In this document: positions 38,624-47,699 of the stretch, piece by piece
Layout of the letters: the number at the start of each line of letters is the position of its first letter
Position numbering within the stretch: the stretch's first letter is position 1
Notes under the pieces: generated by a model
Seen by the model: only the letters and a program-made list of their open reading frames with translations
Told to the model about the DNA's origin: nothing
The model's database searches: none
Program-made: the position numbers and the translations under genes
From: an uncultured virus (IMG/VR IMGVR_UViG_3300034418_009100)
Taxonomy: Duplodnaviria > Heunggongvirae > Uroviricota > Caudoviricetes
Length of the DNA stretch: 64,000 bases
Virus record (IMG/VR): IMGVR_UViG_3300034418_009100
Direction: 5' to 3' (one strand)

Positions 38624-39369
38624 CAAGAACAGAATGGTTAGCTAAATGCCTACACTGGAAAACTAAATGGCCTGTCATGCAGCCCGAATACCGTGCTGAC
38701 AATGAAACTAACTCTTTAAACATTTATGCAGTTTTAGATTGGGTTAACAAGCATAGTGATTCAAAACAAGTACTAGTAGGTGATGCTGGTAGCATTAGTT
38801 ACGCAGGACCTACCGCACTGGAAGCAAAACCGGGACAACGTTTGGTATTCAGTCCTGCACAAGCAGACATGGGCTGGGCAGTACCTGGTGCTATTGGTGT
38901 TGAACTAAACAATGGTGCAGGTAGAGGAACAATATGCATTACCGGCGATGGCAGTTTTATGAGTAACTTACAGGAACTGGCTGTAATTAGAGAACATAAT
39001 CTCAATGTGCAGATTGTTATCCTAAACAACGGCGGCTACCTCAGTATCAAAAATACACAAAGCAAATACTATGAAGGTCGTGTATTTGGAACTAGTGCTG
39101 GAAAAGGTCTTTGGTTCCCCGACTTTGCTAAAATAGCAGACTCATTTGGTTTTGAATATTTTCAATTAAAGAGCAAGGACGACTTAGATCGGTTTGCATT
39201 TAGAATGAGTAAGACTGGCGGTCCTATTATATGGGACTGTGTTTGCCATATGGATCAAGAAATATTGCCTGCACAAGGATTAAAAGATGGACGTCAGGCA
39301 GGCCTACACGACTTGGTACCATTCCTACCAGAAGAAGAACTTAAGTCGGAATTACTTGTAGATTTGTAA
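38620..39369 (+). CDS. TPP-dependent enzyme, C-terminal TPP-binding domain
   Basis: MGWAVPGAIG, GDGSFMSNLQEL..LNNGGY; ATGA overlap and GGAG RBS. Confidence 0.9.
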   Translation: MTRTEWLAKCLHWKTKWPVMQPEYRADNETNSLNIYAVLDWVNKHSDSKQVLVGDAGSISYAGPTALEAKPGQRLVFSPAQADMGWAVPGAIGVELNNGAGRGTICITGDGSFMSNLQELAVIREHNLNVQIVILNNGGYLSIKNTQSKYYEGRVFGTSAGKGLWFPDFAKIADSFGFEYFQLKSKDDLDRFAFRMSKTGGPIIWDCVCHMDQEILPAQGLKDGRQAGLHDLVPFLPEEELKSELLVDL

Positions 39370-39376
39370 ATACTGT

Positions 39377-39766
39377 ATGAGTTATACAGACCCTTTTGTA
39401 AAAGTCGCATACGACTTAATAATGGAAGGGGAAGAATTAGCAAATTGTGTACTGCCTAATTCAGTAGAAGAATATGTTGTGCTTATGTTTGCCAAAAACT
39501 TCCAGCGTACAGACATTGGTGTAAATCCAGTAGCAATACAGATGTTAACGGCTTGTCAGCATAAGGGCACAGACCAATACCAACCAATAGCCGACGAGTG
39601 TTTGTTAATCCACAGTTATCCATTAAATCGTAAACGTTGGCCCACAAAAACTTATTATATGGAAATGGGTATGACTGCCTATGGTTTGGCTAATATCGAA
39701 ATAATGGAGTCAAACTTTGAACCTGCCAGTCGTGTGCTACGCAGAGTGTTCAAAAATTTTGGTTAA
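39377..39766 (+). CDS. hypothetical protein
   Basis: 129 aa after TAAATA at 39367. Confidence 0.7.
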   Translation: MSYTDPFVKVAYDLIMEGEELANCVLPNSVEEYVVLMFAKNFQRTDIGVNPVAIQMLTACQHKGTDQYQPIADECLLIHSYPLNRKRWPTKTYYMEMGMTAYGLANIEIMESNFEPASRVLRRVFKNFG

Positions 39767-39834
39767 ACTACAATTTGACACATAATCTATAATATGCTAT
39801 TATTACACACTCAACTATCCATTGAAGGTGTAAT

Positions 39835-39990
39835 ATGTTTGAATCTATCGAAATTCGCAAAGCCGCAAACGGTTTTATTCTTGTAGTTCATACTGAGGAT
39901 GAAGACAAAGAATTTGTCTATGATACCAGCCGTAAAGCCATGCGAGTAATCAAACAGTATTTGGAAGCAGATCGCCAGGCTGAAGACTAA
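39835..39990 (+). CDS. 51-aa hypothetical protein
   Basis: MFESIEIRKAANGFILVVHTEDEDKEFVYD..; own promoter TTGACA(39775)-17-TATTAT; not in the ORF track. Confidence 0.7.
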   Translation: MFESIEIRKAANGFILVVHTEDEDKEFVYDTSRKAMRVIKQYLEADRQAED

Positions 39991-40062
39991 TACTTTAGTA
40001 CTAATACCTAAGTATTACACCGGGTGTTGCTGAAAAACAACACCTTTTCGGCGTGAAAAACG

Positions 40063-40109
40063 GTAGTACTAAGGTAGTACTTGCTCGAAATTCCCTATTT
40101 CGCTATAAT
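40063..40109 (+). promoter_or_regulatory. early promoter module, copy 1
   Basis: GTAGTACTAAGGTAGTAC-TTGCTC-17 bp-TATAAT. Confidence 0.8.
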
Positions 40110-40141
40110 TATGGCATAAGTTAACGAAACAGGAGCAGACA

Positions 40142-40411
40142 ATGACCCAAGTATATGACCAACTCACTGATAGACAAAAGCGTGAAGTTCGTATGTATGG
40201 CGTTACCGAAGCAGGTATGCGTGAAGCAGTAGAGTCCAGCATCACTTTTAAGCACTCTGGTCCTGCTATGATGGCGGCAAGTTTGATAAGCGATGCCCAA
40301 GAAATGGTTAATACTGAATACGGCGAAGTTGACTATATGCGAGCAGAAGATGCCCGCCAGGCGCTGAATCGTGCCAAGTGGATCTTGTTTGAATATGTTA
40401 TGGAAAAGTAA
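40142..40411 (+). CDS. hypothetical early protein
   Basis: 89 aa, AGGAG RBS. Confidence 0.8.
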   Translation: MTQVYDQLTDRQKREVRMYGVTEAGMREAVESSITFKHSGPAMMAASLISDAQEMVNTEYGEVDYMRAEDARQALNRAKWILFEYVMEK

Positions 40412-40454
40412 TACTAAGGTAGTACTTGACGATAATTCGCCATTTTGCTATAAT
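40408..40454 (+). promoter_or_regulatory. early promoter module, copy 2
   Basis: GTAATACTAAGGTAGTAC-TTGACG-17 bp-TATAAT. Confidence 0.85.
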
Positions 40455-40487
40455 TATGGCATAACGTAACAGAAGTAGGAGCTGACA

Positions 40488-41507
40488 GTGAGTACATACA
40501 TCGAGATTGTTGAAGGCACTTATCGCAACCAGAATTGTGCTGGCATGCAGTTTGAACTGGTTAAACAGTTTGAGCGTGGTGCTAAGAAAAGTTTTGTAAC
40601 AGTCAAAAATCAAGGTCAGTTTCCTGGCTGTCCTGAGAGCATTCGCATTGCCTGCGAAGGTCCAATGAGTTATCAATTTGTAGGAGATGCACCTGTGCAG
40701 AGTGAAGTAAAAGATCCTACCGTTCAAGAAACGGATGAGGAAGCAATCAGTCGCATCCGTGAGCGATTTGAAATCCTTACGGAGATGACCAAGGCGGCTA
40801 CCACTGGTAGCATTCGTGCTATGATTGTCAGCGGCCCTCCCGGCGTTGGCAAGAGTTTTGGCGTTGAGCAAGAAATTGAAAAGGCTACCTTGCTGGATCA
40901 ACTGGCTGGACGCAAGATCCGTGCTGAAGTGGTTAAAGGTAGTGCAACCGCTCTTGGCTTGTACAGTACTTTGTACAAGTATTCGGACGAGAATTGCGTG
41001 GTTGTGTTTGACGACTGTGACAGCATTTTGTTGGATGACGTCAGTCTTAACCTGCTGAAAGGCGCATTAGATTCGGGCAAGAGTCGTAAGATTTCTTGGT
41101 TAAGTGACAGCCATTTGTTGCGCCGTGAAGGCATTCCGGACAGTTTCCAGTTTAAGGGTTCGGTAATCTTTATTACCAACCTCAAGTTCGACTCAATGAA
41201 GTCGCAGAAACTTCGGGACCACTTGGACGCACTGCAAAGCCGTTGCCACTATTTGGACCTGACCTTGGACACCATGCGTGACAAGATCCTCCGTATCAAG
41301 CAGATTGCCAGCGATGGCGAACTATTCCGTGATTATGAGGAGATTGAAACTGTGGCACAGGACGAGATCCTGGCGTTTATGGACGATAACAAGAATCGTC
41401 TGCGTGAGATGTCGTTGCGTATGGCGCTGAAGATTGCTGACTTGCGTGTCAGTTTCCCCGAGCGTTGGCAAGTAATGGCTCGTACTACTTGCATGAAGCC
41501 GGCTTAA
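40488..41507 (+). CDS. AAA-type P-loop ATPase
   Basis: SGPPGVGKS Walker A, VVVFDDCD Walker B, IFITN sensor 1, ALQSR Arg finger. Confidence 0.88.
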   Translation: MSTYIEIVEGTYRNQNCAGMQFELVKQFERGAKKSFVTVKNQGQFPGCPESIRIACEGPMSYQFVGDAPVQSEVKDPTVQETDEEAISRIRERFEILTEMTKAATTGSIRAMIVSGPPGVGKSFGVEQEIEKATLLDQLAGRKIRAEVVKGSATALGLYSTLYKYSDENCVVVFDDCDSILLDDVSLNLLKGALDSGKSRKISWLSDSHLLRREGIPDSFQFKGSVIFITNLKFDSMKSQKLRDHLDALQSRCHYLDLTLDTMRDKILRIKQIASDGELFRDYEEIETVAQDEILAFMDDNKNRLREMSLRMALKIADLRVSFPERWQVMARTTCMKPA

Positions 41508-41597
41508 ATACAAGAACGGGAGACTTGGGGCTCATATCAAATATCCCCTCAGTCTTAAACAACCAACTGGTGTCCCTAAACAACTTGAGATTCAATT

Positions 41598-42278
41598 ATG
41601 GCAACTAAAACTAAATCTGAACAACACGAAGAACTTATCCAAACTCTTAAGTTCACACCCCGAACATATCGTGTAAGCCTAACTGGCTATGGTGGCGAGA
41701 TTGTTCTTGGAAGTGTGCCCCGAGAGACCTATGAGTACTTTCGTGACAATGAAATTGATGTAGAAGAATATGCTGGCGGCGGATGGGGTTGGGATGATGA
41801 CGAAGACAGTCCTGAAGTTCCAGAAGAGCATCGTTTTGTAGAACCTGGCAGTTATTATGATTGCGATGACATTGCTCATGAAGTAGGTTGCGAGTTTAGC
41901 GAATACAATTACATTACTATTTCGGATGAAAATGGTGATGAAGTTTGGAGTTGCAAACTGGATTATGAAGAATTGGAAAAGCACGGTGTTGAAGTCGAAT
42001 ACACCGAAGAGTTCATGTGCAGTGACAGGCCGGACAGAGAAAACACTGTGGGCTTTATTGGTCAGAGTGTAGAAAAAGGTACATTCTTCGATGGCGATTT
42101 AGGTTTAACTGCACCATTGGATCTAGCCAAATTAAAAATCTATGTCTACGAAGTTGAAGGTTGGGAATTAATTGCCAACGTAACTTACGGCGATGAAGAC
42201 ATTGAGGGTACAGATGGATATGATACTCGCGGTAAAAGCATGGAAATGAAATTTTACGACACTGGAGACGAGGATTAA
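41598..42278 (+). CDS. acidic hypothetical protein
   Basis: 226 aa, D/E-rich. Confidence 0.75.
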   Translation: MATKTKSEQHEELIQTLKFTPRTYRVSLTGYGGEIVLGSVPRETYEYFRDNEIDVEEYAGGGWGWDDDEDSPEVPEEHRFVEPGSYYDCDDIAHEVGCEFSEYNYITISDENGDEVWSCKLDYEELEKHGVEVEYTEEFMCSDRPDRENTVGFIGQSVEKGTFFDGDLGLTAPLDLAKLKIYVYEVEGWELIANVTYGDEDIEGTDGYDTRGKSMEMKFYDTGDED

Positions 42279-42282
42279 GTTT

Positions 42283-42356
42283 AGGGTTGCCAATATTCAG
42301 TCAGCTCCTGAGGCAACCTTTTTAGGCCCTGTCATTTTTATGGCAGGGCTTTTTTT
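42283..42356 (+). ncRNA. 3'-UTR hairpin with anti-RBS loop followed by an intrinsic terminator
   Basis: GGTTGCC/GGCAACC stem, loop contains GTCAGCTCCT; GCCCTGTCAT/ATGGCAGGGC plus T run. Confidence 0.55.
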
Positions 42357-42383
42357 GACTTCTTTACTAGGATAAATTATAAT
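42355..42383 (+). promoter_or_regulatory. sigma70 promoter
   Basis: TTGACT-17 bp-TATAAT. Confidence 0.8.
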
Positions 42384-42388
42384 ACTGT

Positions 42389-43453
42389 ATGGAGCAAACT
42401 TTTCTTTACGTAGAAGACTACATCGAATTTATTTCTGGTTGGCGTACTCGTGGCGGCAAATTGTTAGGCTTGTTTCAAAATCAACAGAGTCCACTCAGCC
42501 TTGCCAGATATGATGTGCAGATTTTATCCAGTCTGGGCGAACAAACTGCACTCAGCCAGAAACCTTACACAGACAAACAGGCAGCTCTTGCAGTAAAGAT
42601 TGTTACCAAGTATCGTAAACAGTTAGGCAATTTACCCGATCCTGTTTACATTCCTGAAGTGTTAGATAACTTCAGGTTAGGTATTAGACAAGTAGATAGA
42701 AGTCGCAAAATTTATATTGAAGACGATAAAATTATTGTTCGCTTTCCCTTTGATGGTTCATTGATCGAGCAACTACGAGACTTGGCCAAACTAAGTCAAG
42801 GTGAATGTAAATGGAATCCCGTTCAAAAGGTGTGGTGTGGTGCCTTAACAGAATTTAATGTAAACTACATTGTGGCTTTAGGTCGAGCACAACAGTTTGA
42901 AATCAGTGATGAAGTATTGGCACTGCAACAACAAATTCAAGCGGCAGAACAAACTGACTATCGCATTGAACTGGTCCGGGATCGCGATGGGTGCTACACT
43001 ATTACAAATTCAGAACAATCATTAATAGACTATTTGGAGCAACAACTTGGTAGTCACTGTTGGACCAACTTGGTCGGATTGTGTGATTATGCACAAGTGT
43101 GCGGTTATGCGATAAGTACAGAAGTAGAACAAGAACTTGCAGACAAAGTCAAACCTGACTATTATCGAGAAACTGTAAACTTTATTAAGAACAGAAAATT
43201 TGGCATTGCCAAAGAAGAGTTCAAACACGTTTTAGAGTATGCACGGTTGACCAACAGGTTGCCTGTGTACTACTATGATCCCACTTCATTGGATAAAACA
43301 GATACTGAAGAGATTGTTTATCTTAATATTGGAAGTCGTGATCCGGAATTAATGAATAAAATTAAACTGTTGGTAACTCATAGCAGTTTATTAATTGGTA
43401 GCAGACGTCAGGGTTGGGCGCAAAATGCAGAAAAGGTAATTGAATTACTATAA
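42389..43453 (+). CDS. hypothetical protein coupled to the helicase gene
   Basis: 354 aa, TAATG overlap; VRFPFD..KWNPVQKVW is loosely HARP-like. Confidence 0.7.
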   Translation: MEQTFLYVEDYIEFISGWRTRGGKLLGLFQNQQSPLSLARYDVQILSSLGEQTALSQKPYTDKQAALAVKIVTKYRKQLGNLPDPVYIPEVLDNFRLGIRQVDRSRKIYIEDDKIIVRFPFDGSLIEQLRDLAKLSQGECKWNPVQKVWCGALTEFNVNYIVALGRAQQFEISDEVLALQQQIQAAEQTDYRIELVRDRDGCYTITNSEQSLIDYLEQQLGSHCWTNLVGLCDYAQVCGYAISTEVEQELADKVKPDYYRETVNFIKNRKFGIAKEEFKHVLEYARLTNRLPVYYYDPTSLDKTDTEEIVYLNIGSRDPELMNKIKLLVTHSSLLIGSRRQGWAQNAEKVIELL

Positions 43454-44907
43454 TGGAATGTAGATTAATTATTCGTGACGAAGTTAATGTTAAACTGGAA
43501 GGTTTAGACTTAGTCACACGCAAAACACTGGTAAACAAATTCAAGTATGAAATACCTGGAGCACGTTACTTGCCAGCAGTGAGACTGGGACGCTGGGATG
43601 GTAAGGTTCCCTACTTTAATTTAGGTGGCACAACCTACATCAACTTACTGCCCGACATCCTACCTGAACTTGAAAGTCGTGGCTATGACATTGAAGTAGA
43701 TGATGTCCGTGACTACAGAACTACATTCGAGTTTGACAAAGTAACAGAGTCAACGTTTGCAGATATTGCTTGGCCCAAAGGACATCCTGCGGCAGGTGAG
43801 CCTATTGTATTACGGGATTACCAAATTGAAATTATCAATAAGTTTTTAGAAAATCCACAGTGTATACAGGAAGTGGCCACAGGCGCAGGCAAAACTATTA
43901 TGACCGCGGCGCTAAGTGCAAGTGTGGAGCAGTATGGTAGAACTATTGTTGTTGTGCCCAGTAAGAGTTTGGTCACACAGACAGAAGCAGACTATGTCAA
44001 CATGGGTTTAGACGTTGGTGTGCTGTTCGGTGACCGTAAAGAATATACAAGAAAGCACACAATCTGTACTTGGCAAAGTCTAAACGCATTACTAAAAAAT
44101 ACACGCAACTACGAAGCAGATGTTACAATACAGGAGTTTGTGGAAGACGTAGTCTGTGTAATGGTAGACGAAGCACACAGTGCCAAAGCAGATGCACTAA
44201 AAAGTTTGCTGACCACAGTGTTTGCCCGCATACCTATTCGTTGGGGACTAACTGGTACCATACCTAAAGAAGATTTTGCTTTTCAGGCACTGAACTGTTG
44301 TATTGGTCCTGTGGTAGGAAAACTTAGTGCCAGCGAACTTCAAGAAGCAGGACACCTCAGTAACTGTCACGTAAATATTGTACAGTTATCGGATTACGTA
44401 GAATACAAAGATTATCAAAGCGAACTGAGATATCTATTAGAAACAGATTCCAGACTAGATTACGTCAGTGAACTTGTAAACCGTATTGCAGAATCGGGCA
44501 ATACATTAGTTCTTATTGACAGGGTGGGTCCTGGCAAGGAACTGGCAAGTAAAATCAACAACGCCGTTTTTGTCAGCGGCGCAACCAAAGCAAAGGATCG
44601 AAAGGACGAATATGACGAGATTGCTACTAGCACCGATAAGGTTATTGTTGCGACTTATGGTGTGGCCGCTGTGGGTATTAACATTCCTAGGATTTTCAAT
44701 TTGGTTCTTGTGGAACCCGGAAAGAGCTTTGTACGTGTTATCCAGTCAATTGGCCGAGGCATTAGAAAGGCAGAAGATAAGGACTTTGTCCAGATCTGGG
44801 ACATTACTTCCACCTGTAAATTTGCCAAAAGACACCTCACTAAACGAAAACAATTTTACCGAGATGCACAGTACCCATTCGCCGTTGAGCGAGTAGATTG
44901 GCAGTAA
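43453..44907 (+). CDS. uvsW: superfamily 2 helicase (UvsW-like)
   Basis: WDGK, LRDYQ, ATGAGKT, VDEAH, GLTGT, QSIGRGIR. Confidence 0.9.
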   Translation: MECRLIIRDEVNVKLEGLDLVTRKTLVNKFKYEIPGARYLPAVRLGRWDGKVPYFNLGGTTYINLLPDILPELESRGYDIEVDDVRDYRTTFEFDKVTESTFADIAWPKGHPAAGEPIVLRDYQIEIINKFLENPQCIQEVATGAGKTIMTAALSASVEQYGRTIVVVPSKSLVTQTEADYVNMGLDVGVLFGDRKEYTRKHTICTWQSLNALLKNTRNYEADVTIQEFVEDVVCVMVDEAHSAKADALKSLLTTVFARIPIRWGLTGTIPKEDFAFQALNCCIGPVVGKLSASELQEAGHLSNCHVNIVQLSDYVEYKDYQSELRYLLETDSRLDYVSELVNRIAESGNTLVLIDRVGPGKELASKINNAVFVSGATKAKDRKDEYDEIATSTDKVIVATYGVAAVGINIPRIFNLVLVEPGKSFVRVIQSIGRGIRKAEDKDFVQIWDITSTCKFAKRHLTKRKQFYRDAQYPFAVERVDWQ

Positions 44908-45564
44908 ATGATATCACGTGATAAATTTATACGTTATTTAGAAACAGTAGATTACCTTTACGTTGGTAATATATCTGCTGATTGGAATACAATTCTGGAT
45001 GAATGTTATGCATTAGTTGACAAAAGTCCAACTTATTGGAATTCAGTATGTGCAGAAGGTTTGAAAGATTGGGGAGGAGTCCAAGGTGCAGAAAAGTGGA
45101 CCGTAACAACAGATGGTGCCGCCGCAGTTGGATACACAAGCCAAAATACTAAATCATGGGGCACAACACACGACAAACCACAGTTGCATATGGAATGGGA
45201 AAAAATTGTAAAAGATTGGTTGCCATTAGAGCATGCTATAAGCAGACCGTCTTTGCAAAAACCTGGCAATGTTTTGCCATGGCACAGAGACTATTTTGTG
45301 ATGTTTAAAAAACATTATCCAGAAGAATCTGAATATGTAATTAGATTTATTGTTTTTATGAAGGATTGGGAGCCCGGCCATATGTTTAATGCCGGCGACT
45401 CTATTTTTTCAAATTGGAAGGCAGGAGATGCTATTGTTTATCATCCTACTAGATACCACATAGGCGCGAATGCAGGAATGACAGACAAATGGACTCAAAA
45501 TGTTACTGGTGTTCTTAAAGAGCAAATAAATTTTCCAGCATTAGATTTAGGTAAAATATGTTAA
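44908..45564 (+). CDS. putative 2OG-Fe(II) oxygenase/cupin-fold protein
   Basis: QKPGNVLPWHRD (HxD), WKAGD..YHIGANAG (distal His). Confidence 0.65.
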   Translation: MISRDKFIRYLETVDYLYVGNISADWNTILDECYALVDKSPTYWNSVCAEGLKDWGGVQGAEKWTVTTDGAAAVGYTSQNTKSWGTTHDKPQLHMEWEKIVKDWLPLEHAISRPSLQKPGNVLPWHRDYFVMFKKHYPEESEYVIRFIVFMKDWEPGHMFNAGDSIFSNWKAGDAIVYHPTRYHIGANAGMTDKWTQNVTGVLKEQINFPALDLGKIC

Positions 45565-46412
45565 TAGGTCATAAACCATTAATTATTCCGGAAATTATAA
45601 ATTTTATTGATAATATTTTTCCTAATATTACTTGGGAAAAACTAATGCAAGTGGAGCAGCAAGATTTAGATCTTGCTTGGAGAACTTGGTTAACTGATAG
45701 TCCATGTCATGAAATTAAAGGTTTAGATCAATTTAAATTAAGTTCTTTTTGCCCGGGTACCAGTGATGCATTCGGTGAATTTATTGCAAGATATCCAAAC
45801 AGGACAGTAAGGGTAAGTAGAAGCGATTTTATTTTAACTAAAATACTTTGCAAAACTTGGAATAGAAAACTAGTGTATCTAGAGGATGCACCGCTTGAAA
45901 TAAACGACTGTATAATTTTGAGTATGCCATATAGCGGAAATGGTAGCGAACTACCCGATCAGGACCAATTATTGGACAATGCAGATAAATTAAATGTTCC
46001 TGTGTTTGTGGATGGAGCTTATTTCGGAATCTCAACCTCAGTAATTTATCCATTAGATAGAAAATGTGTAACCGACTTTACTACAAGTTTAAGTAAAAAT
46101 ATGGTAAGTGATCCTTTGCGATTAGGTATAAGATTTACCAAAGAAAAAATAGATGACGGTATTACTGCTACTCTATTGGGTAGTAATGTTTTTGATAGAC
46201 TTGGTGCATATTTGTCTATACAACTCTTAAAAAACTTCCCCCATAAATGGTTGATTGAAAAATTCCATAACAAGTCATTAAAAATCTGCCAAGATCTTAA
46301 ATTACGACCCACCAAAACAATTACTTTAGCGTTGGGACCGGAATCAATGATAGAATTCCAAAGAGGTGATTATGTTCGAATCTGTTTAACAGACGAATTA
46401 ATTGCAGATTAG
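45558..46412 (+). CDS. truncated fold-type-I PLP-dependent enzyme-like protein
   Basis: VPVFVDGAY, TSLSK..LRLG. Confidence 0.6.
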   Translation: MLIGHKPLIIPEIINFIDNIFPNITWEKLMQVEQQDLDLAWRTWLTDSPCHEIKGLDQFKLSSFCPGTSDAFGEFIARYPNRTVRVSRSDFILTKILCKTWNRKLVYLEDAPLEINDCIILSMPYSGNGSELPDQDQLLDNADKLNVPVFVDGAYFGISTSVIYPLDRKCVTDFTTSLSKNMVSDPLRLGIRFTKEKIDDGITATLLGSNVFDRLGAYLSIQLLKNFPHKWLIEKFHNKSLKICQDLKLRPTKTITLALGPESMIEFQRGDYVRICLTDELIAD

Positions 46413-46466
46413 ATATTGACATATTTTTATAAGAGTGTATACTTTGCGTAACACTATTAATATTAT

Positions 46467-46970
46467 ATGAGACTATTAACATTAGACAATACCAGTTACG
46501 AATTAAATGATATACCAGAAGAAGTAGATGACATACGTTTTTGCGTATTAGATAATTCAGATCCCAAAGACCCTGACTACTTTTTTATTCCTTTAATCTT
46601 TTTAGAAAGTTTTAACAGCCCTGCTCTCGTCTTAAAGATAGGCAACGCTACTATAAAAATGCCAATTGATTGGCAACTGCTAATAGGCGAAAAGGACTTG
46701 GGCGACTTAGAAGTAGTTCCTCTTACTAGCATCAACGACAGAGGATTTAGTGCGTTTGCTTTTAATCCATTAACAAGTTTTAGGCCAGACTTCTTTCCTG
46801 TAGAAGTTGTTGACATCTATCAGGACGTTAAGTGGTACTTTCCTAAACTAAAACCAGGACAGATGTTGGCCGTTCCTTTAGAAACAGGCGTAGAAAAACC
46901 TATGTGTGTTTATTTTGTTAAAGACATCAGTAGGCAAAGTGAGGTTGTTAACTATACAAAAGTATGGTAG
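46467..46970 (+). CDS. hypothetical phage protein
   Basis: 167 aa behind TTGACA(46416)-16-TATACT. Confidence 0.8.
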   Translation: MRLLTLDNTSYELNDIPEEVDDIRFCVLDNSDPKDPDYFFIPLIFLESFNSPALVLKIGNATIKMPIDWQLLIGEKDLGDLEVVPLTSINDRGFSAFAFNPLTSFRPDFFPVEVVDIYQDVKWYFPKLKPGQMLAVPLETGVEKPMCVYFVKDISRQSEVVNYTKVW

Positions 46971-46971
46971 T

Positions 46972-47235
46972 ATGAGCGACTTAACTGAAAGACCGTACAT
47001 TTACGAATCGCCGGATGGCGGTAAAACCATATACAGGCGATATGCAGGCGAAACTGCGAGGGAGTTAATTGGTTACAAATACGAACCAACTGACCAAGAA
47101 CAGTTAGAAGTTTACCGAGAAATGATGGTTTTGGCTCGGACACATCCAGGCTTGGCAGAAGAATTAGAACGTGTTAAAATGTATTACTATCTGTTAAAGC
47201 AACAAAACAATGAAGTTTTTTGGCATCCAGTATAA
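46972..47235 (+). CDS. hypothetical protein
   Basis: ATG at 46972; YIYESPDGGKTIYRR. Confidence 0.7.
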   Translation: MSDLTERPYIYESPDGGKTIYRRYAGETARELIGYKYEPTDQEQLEVYREMMVLARTHPGLAEELERVKMYYYLLKQQNNEVFWHPV

Positions 47236-47699
47236 TGGACAAACTATCGATTAACAATGAAATGGCTCAGTTCGACACAAAGAACAGACAGTTCTATGAC
47301 GAACTTACACCAGAAGAACAAAAGAAGTTTAGCACTTACTTGATGCTACGTTATGGTGCCAGCGTAGAGGGTAGTGCTGACTTTCAAGAATGGTACTTAC
47401 GTGTAACTAACGAAAGGTTGAATGTAAACTTTTTTGATTTAAATAAACATCCTAAACTGCAATGGTTATTGGCTACCACAGTTAGTCCGGGTATGGGTCG
47501 GCAACGACATTATTGGCAGGCTGCAAAAAAGAAAGAAGGATCAAACAGTAAAGCAGTAAAGTTTTTGCAAAAGATATATCCAGAACGTAAGCAAGATGAA
47601 ATAGAACTACTAGCCGCAATCAATGATACTAAGTCTTTAAAACTGTTGGCACAAGAGTCTGGCATGACAGACCAGGACATTAAACGGGAATTAGGGTGA
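47235..47699 (+). CDS. putative clamp-loader small subunit (gp62-like)
   Basis: KKFSTYLMLRY..HPKLQW..RHYW..KKK pattern; replication context. Confidence 0.55.
   Translation: MDKLSINNEMAQFDTKNRQFYDELTPEEQKKFSTYLMLRYGASVEGSADFQEWYLRVTNERLNVNFFDLNKHPKLQWLLATTVSPGMGRQRHYWQAAKKKEGSNSKAVKFLQKIYPERKQDEIELLAAINDTKSLKLLAQESGMTDQDIKRELG

Noticed and set aside
40023..40044. GGTGTTG-N8-CAACACC palindrome as an operator
   Set aside because: Single clear copy in the window and followed by TTTT, so it is equally explained as a terminator.
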